From the human T2T-CHM13v2.0 reference genome, Homo sapiens, in assembly GCF_009914755.1 (NCBI RefSeq), contig NC_060934.1: a DNA stretch of 64,000 nt; one strand, written 5' to 3'. Position 1 is the stretch's first letter; every line of letters starts with the position of its first letter. The notes beneath the pieces are model-generated. The model had not been told where the DNA came from. It did no database searches and saw nothing but the letters and a program-made list of their open reading frames with translations. Below, one piece after another: positions 56,035 to 64,000 of this stretch. The position numbers and the translations under genes were made by a program.

Positions 56035-57185
56035 CATCCATTCATTCATTTGTGTGTTAGGTCATTTATTTATTAATCCCATTTTTTTTTTTTTTTTTGA
56101 GACAGGGTCTCACTCTACCACTCAGGCTCTGGAGTGCAGTGGTACAATCACGGCTCACTGCAGCCTTGACCTTCCTGGGCTCAGGTGATCCTCCCACCTC
56201 AACCTCCTGAGTAGTGCCTGGGTAATGTTTGTATTATTTTTGTAGAGATGGAGTTTCACCATGTTGCCTAGGCTGGTCTCCAACTCCTGGGCGTAAGCAA
56301 TCCACCTGCCTTGGCCTCCTGAAGTGCTGGGGTTATAGGCGTGAGCCACGGCACCCCATATTTGTTGAGTGCCTCTATGTGCCATGCATTATGCTGGGTG
56401 CTAGGGATTCAGGAGGGAGCTCAACACAAGAATGTCCCTACCCTTGCTGAGCTTTCAGTTGTGAGTGGGGTTTGGGGGGATGGGGCAGGGAGGAAGTGGC
56501 ATGAATCAACTAAATGTAAAATCCACTTCATATTTTATTAGATTAATGGAAAAATAAGTCATATCAAAGGTTTGGCCAGTAACAAATGGAGATATTGTAA
56601 GACAGCCTCATAGGATAAATGCATGTAATAACGTCTGTAGTAATAGGGGGGAGTCATCTTCTCTAAGCAGGGTATTAGGTTAAGATCTGAAGGATAGGTA
56701 GGACTTATCTCAACAAGGAGGGGAGGAAAAAGCATTCTAGGCAGTGGTAACAGCATGTGCAAAGGCCTTGTGGGAGGAGAAAGCATTAGGAACTAGTAGA
56801 AGGTTGGTATGGAGTGTGGCATAAGAGGGGTAGGTAGGGATTACCACGCTGAGCCTTGTAAGGTGTGTATAAAGATTTTTACTGTTACCCTAAGAACAGT
56901 GGGAAACATTGGCAATTTAAATCAGGGGACTTTTATCAGATTTGTGTCTAGAAAAAAATCACTCTGGCTACAGAGTGGATAAATGGATTGGGGGAGGTCA
57001 GAGTAGGTGTAGGTAGATCATGTCATCCTTGGCTGTTGCAGTGAGATGGAGTACAGAGGGCAAGTTTGAGTGATTGATACAGATTAACATCAGAAGAACT
57101 AGGTGAGAGATAGGTTATGGGAAAGAGAGGAAGGAGTCCAGGATCACACCTGAGTGCCTGGCTTGGAAATGGGATGAATAAGGGT
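56035..57185 (-). mobile_element. L2 fragment containing an AluJ (56082-56357)
   Basis: cattcattcat tail, 'atttgttgagtgcctctatgtgcc', 'aacagcatgtgcaaaggcc'; antisense Alu within. Confidence 0.8.
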
Positions 57186-57189
57186 TGTT

Positions 57190-57530
57190 TTAGTTATGAC
57201 ACAGGTTTGGCTGTTAAAACAGGACTCAAGAGTAGCTAACAAGAGAGAAATGGATTGCTCTCATCTCAGTCCAAGTGTAAGCACTCCAGGGCTGATCTGG
57301 TGGTCTCATGGCATTGTACTTCTAGAATCCTTCTGTTTTATTGCTCTGCCATCTCTAGACCATTGTCCTTAGCATGGTTATAGCTGGCTCACTAGTATGT
57401 TCACATTCTAGATTTTTCCCTTCAAGGTCACCACCCAGAAGTTGCTTACATCCCAAGGGTCAGAACTGAGTCTCATGGCCACACATAGTTGTAGATAATC
57501 AGGGGACAGCCAGCAATCTCTACCACAGTG
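57190..57530 (-). mobile_element. Old MLT1 LTR relic
   Basis: 'cagaactgagtctcatggccacacatagttg'. Confidence 0.55.
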
Positions 57531-60149
57531 GCACAGTCACTAAACAGAAAACGTGGAACAGGACCAGTTGGCAGGAGAAGAGCAGGAGCAAGGGTTAGAT
57601 GTTCATTTTGTGCTGTTTAGATCCTTACAGTCTCTCCTGCATCCCATCTCAGCTCCCTTGACTTCCCTCCATGAACCCTTTATTCTACCACTTCATGTAC
57701 TTGCTGCACTCATGGACCCCCCATATTCTTCCTGCCTGGAATGCCCTTCTTTCATGTTTCCCTGACCAGCTGATTCCTACCCTTTGCTTAAAGCTGTCCC
57801 TGATCCCTCCACCCCTACTCCAGCTGCTCCTTTAGGTGAATTTTTAACACTTATTGCCCCTGTCACCACATGGTGTAATGACAGCAGTTCTCATGCTGAT
57901 GGTGTGTCTCATGCTGAATTATTTAACTTTCCAAGTTACTATTGTGTGTCTCAGTTTCATTCAACACATGTTTATTAAGAGTCTACTATGGGCCATATTA
58001 ACTCTCCTCCTCCATCCCTCTTGTAGTAGCACCTAAAATACAAACACAGAGCCTTTAAGGCTTATTAGTTTCATAGTGAGAAAACCTGCGGTGAACTTAG
58101 TGTTTGGCTGACCCCTGGGAGTCGTTTGGAGCTGTTTTCAGGGCAGAAGTCAATGAACCATAAGTAGAACAAGCTAAAATAAACCTCTGGTTTTTCATTT
58201 CTTAGTAGTACTCCCACTAATCCTGTCCTGCTTTACCTTTCTGATTACAACCAGGCTGAGTGACCCCAAACATAGACTCTCAGGATAAGATGGACATGGC
58301 ATTACGCAGGTGTGATGGGGAATAGGAGGGCATTCTGAGAGGACTTAGAGAAAAGAGAACACATTTGTTCCACTTCCTGCCACTCCCCTGTCTGATTTCT
58401 CTAAGTCACTGAGTGGAGAATGGCCTGAACTGGCAGCAAAGCTGGGATTTCCAAACCAACTAACAGTTCTGCCTTTTTACCCTGTGCTTATTATTTTTTG
58501 ATTTCTTAAAAAATCAATCATTCATTTATTTTTTTCATTCATTTCTGTTGTTTGTTTTTTGGTGTCTTATAGCAGATCAGTGAGATGTGGTCCCTGCCCT
58601 GTAGGAGCTCATGGGCCAGTGGCGAGAGCAAACCATGAAACTCTCCATCTACTTGGTGATAAACCAATCATGGTCCCCAATTGGGTTGGTTGTAGGCTTG
58701 GTGGAGAGACATGGACCATGCTTTAAAAGTCCCATGTATCCCCTGTAGAGTTCAGCGCCATGTTGGTCCCTTGGCCAGTGCCCAGTGACCATGATGATTG
58801 ATTTCACTGACTGCTATGTCTTTCCCCATGGAAATCTTGGTGCCTGGTGTCTTGGAGTGTGAAAGCAGAGATTCTTTCAGGTTTCCTGGCACGAGGGGGT
58901 TGTTGTGGGAGGTTCTCTCTTCACCCTTAGTGAAAGTGCTTTGGAAACCTGAGCCAGAAGCAATGGCAGAGGAAGTTCCTGGTGTGAGGAGCTTGGATGC
59001 TGGCTGCCTTTCCCCCATTTAGCTCTCTTGGGGCCCTTGGGGAGAGTTGTGCTGTGGTTGGGTGAGTGCGTGTTTGGGGATGTGGGTGGGTCTTGCCTGG
59101 TCTCTCAAACCCAGATGCTCATTCAGGTGCAAAATTCAGTGTTTGCTCAGCAGTGTACAAGCCTTGTGTTCTGGCATCTTTTTTTTTTTTTTCCTGGTGA
59201 CATCTGTTGTACAGGGAGTGACTCTCCCTCGGTAAATGGTGTATTGTCAGTTCCTCCACTCCAGCGTACAACCAACAAAACAGGATGGCACTGCTTGGAG
59301 AAAGATGGCTGGCTGGAAGCATCACAAAATGGCACTACAGCCTATTGGGGGCGACCCTGGAGTGTCACAGGGGTACCCCAGCAAGGGCAGGAGCTCTCCT
59401 GAAGCAGCTTCTTCATGCCTCCTGGCTGCTTTTGTGCCATCATTTTCCAGATTCTTTTCTTAATCATGAATTAGCTGAGTTTTCAAGGTACCAAAAAGCC
59501 CAGCTAGGTGAAAGGAAGTAGAGAAAGGGCCTCTGATATGGTGTCCCAATGAGTTTTTTCACTTAAAGGGTCATGTTGAAGTCACCCAGAGAGACAGGCA
59601 GGGAACCTCACTTGGGTAAATAAGCAATGGAGTGAAAGATTGAAAAATGTGGTCTGAATTTTTTACTCGCATTGTTTCGGAGCCAGTTCCTATTCTGTCA
59701 CTTCTCTCTGTGCCCCACCCTACCCTTCTTAATGACTTATTTGTACTGGAAAGCAAACTATTAATCACAAACAGAATAGCTCTGTAACTTCCAAACAAAC
59801 ACAGAATAGTTCTAGGGACTGTGAAAAAGCCAAACCCTTGGCAGAGATTTGGAAATGTGTTTCTTTTATATATATTTTAGAAATGCCACCATTTGTCCTT
59901 AGGCACAGAAGGTTCCCTTTAATTAGCGGTGAATTTCCTATTTCCCTTTTCTTCCTGAGGCATCTATAAAGCCCTGGCCTAGTAAAAGGCAGGTACACAG
60001 CTCTCAATTGAGCCCTATTGATGTGCTAGTATAGTTTTAATTGTGTTGAGATTTCCTTGCCAAAGTGACACATGCAGAAGCATTTTAAAAACGTATAGGG
60101 TTCGTAACTCTTTCGCTGTCTAGAGCTCTTGAATTATGAATGTCTCTTC

Positions 60150-60790
60150 TGCTGCCTGTTCAGTTCTTCTGAATCTGTAAAATTACTTTAATAACCTGTG
60201 TGGGGGTAATGTTAATATGTTTGCTCAGTAGTGTGAATTTATTAGCATTCCTACCCCACTTCAGGGAGCTGGCTTGGCCCTTTTGATACAAGCCCTTGGT
60301 TGCAAGAAGAGGCAAATTATGGTGGTGTTTTTTCCCCCCCTCTCCCTTCCACCATTAGCAATCATTCTGTTGCACAGAGTACGTGATAAATCAACCACAG
60401 GAGAGTCAGATTTGCCATAACATGACATTACCTATCAGCTTGTCAGGTCTGAGTTGACTCTCAGCCTTTTGGGCTGTATATTTCTTCAAAGTCTAGTGCC
60501 AGTTTCTTAGTCAGCTCTAACTAATTTCAGAGTGGAAGAGAAACTTGACTGGAGTGCTGTTTGGGATCTGCTTTTTAATCCTGGTCTGTTTAATGTTTGC
60601 TCCTGACAGTCTAGGCCAGACATCATTTTAATGGTATGTGTGGTGATAAAGCCAATAAACTGTCAAGATGATTGATAATCTAAGCATTATAGCAATATGA
60701 CTTTCCTGTTCTCCTCTGTGCTTTAGATGATGGTTTCCAAATTGAATTCCTACAGTGTGTGCTGTATGAGTGTGCCTGTCAGAGGCTCCC
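60150..60790. promoter_or_regulatory. Candidate conserved non-coding element
   Basis: No recognisable repeat; ataaatca, tgattgat, several TGACA/TGTCA, and ccaataaa (posterior HOX/CDX-like). Confidence 0.45.
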
Positions 60791-61619
60791 CTAACAGCGT
60801 TTGAAGGAGGTAGCTGTGCTTAATGTAAGATTTTTAGTCCTCAATTACCCACACAAATATATTTGCATATGTGTTGGTACCCTCTAATTTGGGAAACATT
60901 AAGAATTTATGACTCTGCCCTTGTAACAGTCCCCCAGCAATTTATGGGCACTGGTGGAACTTTTTATTATGTCTTTATGGTGTTTTTTCACCTGGCGTGC
61001 ATCTTAGATTCCATGTGGTTGATTCTGTTATCTGTGGTTGAAAGACATTACAGATAACAAAGTGCACTATATTAAAGGCAGGCTTCTGGTTTCCTTTCCT
61101 TTTCTCTTTGTTTCTTCTTTTTCTTTTAATTTAGCAGACATTTTTAAGCATCTGGTCCTCATCTCATTAATCAGACTCGACCAGGTGTTTTAGGGTGGTG
61201 ACAGTGGGAGTGCTTGGCTGCTGTTTGTTGGCCCTCGTGGGCCACCGTTGCTGGCTGACATCTCCTACCCCGTTCGTGGTGCAGTGTTGTCTGGGAGCAG
61301 AAACCCACGTGGCTAGAGAGGTCGAATGGGCTGTGTATATGTGTATATGTGTGTGTGTGTAACACTCTTAAGCAATTTTACCAGGAGGAAAAAGAAAAAA
61401 ATAAGCAAATATTAAATTCAAAACTCATATTATGCTCAAAATTTCCTTTTACTTTCTGCTTCCACAGCATGTTTTTGTATGATGTGACATGTGCATATTA
61501 TTTAGTCTTCTACTTTTAAGATTGTGTCTAGAAAGACTTTAAGACTGTGGCTCTCTGAGAGTTACAGAATACTGATGCCAGAAGGGTGTCTCTGATACCT
61601 GTTGACACCATGATTTGCT

Positions 61620-62130
61620 GTATTTCTTCCAGGCCTTATTTTACAGATGACACTGAGCCCCAGAGAGGTGGGTTGTCTTGATTGGTGGCAGAACCGGGAC
61701 TAGCATCCATGTTTCTATTTGAGGTCAACTATCCTTTCCACTTCATTATTTCCTTTCTCTTCATTTAATGCTTATTTTTCTTTTGGTCAGGAGACACTGG
61801 GAAGTCACTTCAGTTTTCTGGCCTCAGTTTCTCTATCTGCAAAATAAGGGATCTGAATTTGCTCACTTCTCATGTTGAACCACTTCACCTTATCTCCCGG
61901 TGTGTGGATGAACTTACAGCCCCAGTCTTGAGGCTCTTACAGCCTGTCTGAGGCAGAGGGCAGACCGCATGTGGGGCTACTGATTGTGTGACTCTGAGGA
62001 AGTCATCTGCCCACCCAGTCTATTTTTTCCTCCAAAACAGACAGGGTTGCCCTGAGTTCAAATGGGAGACCAGAAACAAAAATGCCTGGCAGAGTACCTG
62101 GCACAGAAGAGGCAATCAATAAATGTTTGT
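61620..62130. mobile_element. Cluster of MIR fragments in both orientations
   Basis: 'ttttacagatgacactgagccccagagagg'; 'ggcctcagtttctctatctgcaaaat'. Confidence 0.75.
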
Positions 62131-63121
62131 GTGACAGGATATTTAATTTGAGATAATCACTGAGCTTTGCATTTCCCTTTACTTTTGAAAATCTTCATTT
62201 CTTTGGACCTCTTGCCATTCCTTCCTTTCCCTCAACTTGGGTACTTGGTGCTTGCTTTCTTCCACAAGTGATGGCATGACAGAAAATAGGGGAGAGGAGA
62301 GTCCTATCTGGGCTTTTGAATGACAAAAATTTAAGCCCAAATGTAAGGAAAAAAGATTTGGAAGAATGCATGGTGACAGAAGAACTGGCTGACTCTGAAT
62401 ACCAGGTGGAGATTTCCTGGACTCTGGGGAGGAGAGTCAGAGGTGAAGAAAAGCATAGATGCTGTTGGGTCCCTGGGAAGAGGACTTGTATGTTACACAC
62501 TGTAGTTTTGGACTAAAACTTGTTCCTGACATGTTGGGTGTTAATGGTTGCTTAAGAGCACTAGAGGGGGTGGAGTAATCCAAAATTTCTAACACATGAG
62601 GGTATGAGAGGCTTCTTGGGGGAAGAAATATAATTCGAGCTGAGTTCTGAAGGGTGATTGAGATTTGGATAGATGAAATCTACCAGCTCCAAGCTGAAGC
62701 CTCTTGAGACAGCAAACTCAGGTTTGCTCTCTTGGCCAGTTGAATGGATGGTGGTCTGTGACAGTTCCTGTGGGGAAGGAGGAGGCTGGTCTGGAGGCAA
62801 GGCTGAAAGAGGTGGGGGTGTTGGCCATGGAGGCAGAAGAGAAGTTAGTGGGAGGAGATGAGCAAGCCCAGGGAGGGTGGGGCTGGCCTAGTCCCTGAGG
62901 CAGGAGAGTGGGTCATCCTTTTCTGAAATAGCCACACATATCCAAAAAAGGCCAGGCCACTGATCTGAGTTTGTACCTGCCCATTCCATAGCTGGATGCC
63001 TGGAGGAAAAACAAGGCAGTTGACATGGTAACAGTCCCCCTTTTCTCTGTTCCCTTCTGTGCCCACACTGGCACCTACTGTATTGATTTGGGAAGAGCCT
63101 CACCTTTTATGGATTAAAAAT

Positions 63122-63423
63122 AGTGTATCACACCTGTAATTCCAGCACTTTGCGGGGGCTGAGGTGGGCAGATCGCTTGAGCCCAGGAGTTCGAGACCAG
63201 CCTGAGCGACATGGCGAAACCTCATCTCTACAAAACAAAAACAAAACAAAAATTAGCCATGTGTGGTGGTGTGCATCTGTAGTCCCACCTACTCGCGAGG
63301 CTGAGGTGGGAGGATTGCCTCAGCACAGGAGGTCAAGGGTGCGGTGAGCTGTGATTGTGCCATCACACTCCAGCCTGGGCAATAGAGTGAGACCTTGCTT
63401 CAAAAAAACAACAAAAAACCAAA
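63122..63423 (+). mobile_element. AluJ SINE
   Basis: 'gatcgcttgagcccaggagttcgag'; A-rich tail. Confidence 0.93.
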
Positions 63424-64000
63424 GAGAATATTGGAGGAGTGGGGAAACCAGGATTCTGGTAGCAACTTTACCCCTCAACATACTGTGGGACTGTGAGCCC
63501 GTTTCCTCAGGGATTAAGTGAGGGGCTGAACACAGTCTCTCAGATACCTTCCTGCTCTTACTGGGAGTGCACCTGTGATGTTCGGAAGGTAGGACCCCAT
63601 GTGTCTCTTTGTAAATTGGCCCAGCTTGGGAAAGGCTTTGGCATTTCAGCACTGTTGTCCCCCACCCCAAGATGACAGATGTTACCTGTCCACATAATGG
63701 TTCTCACTATCTCCCATGTTGTGTAAAAATAACCTATATTTTTAACCAGTTGAACCAGGAATCAGAGGGAGAAAGTTTCCCCTAAGCCAGATGGCTCAAG
63801 ACACTTGGACTGTTGTCTTTTTCTTCTGTTCCCTTCATATGAGGCACTTTCCCTTTCAAACCTTCTAGATCATGAGCTCCCCACCAGAGAGAATTGGGTC
63901 TTCTGGATTCTGGGCAAAGAAAGAACTGGAACTTCTTGTTAAATCCTGTCCTCCTCCTCTTCTGCCTCCCTCTGTAAGTGGCTTAACTCTTTCATCTGCT

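Overview
Primate (most likely human or great-ape) non-coding genomic DNA. I find no credible protein-coding exon, RNA gene, CpG island or CRISPR array. The ORFs in the track are short, and those with recognisable content are Alu-, LTR-, CR1- or microsatellite-derived. The window is a mosaic of about 18 Alu copies (two nested or compound), MIR, L2, old L1 and CR1 fragments, ERVL-MaLR solo LTRs (MST/MLT1/THE1), two MER34/MER39-like ERV1 LTRs, and hAT-Charlie relics (MER20, MER5). Between these lie repeat-free, AT-rich blocks dense in homeodomain/TALE motifs that look like conserved developmental enhancers. A visible T>A and G>C bias on the + strand suggests a large intron of a + strand gene, which I cannot name from sequence alone. 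The most interesting signal is a 29-bp perfect inverted repeat about 850 bp apart (50448-50476 / 51330-51358), extendable with G-U pairs on the + strand. Its left arm lies inside a candidate stop-containing cryptic exon with a UG-rich tract, suggesting a possible long-range RNA-structure/poison-exon/ADAR module. Also notable are a 193-bp x5 tandem repeat carved from an L2, a 136-bp dispersed direct duplication, and a cluster of 10 TGACA motifs. Repeat subfamily names and many boundaries are by eye and approximate.
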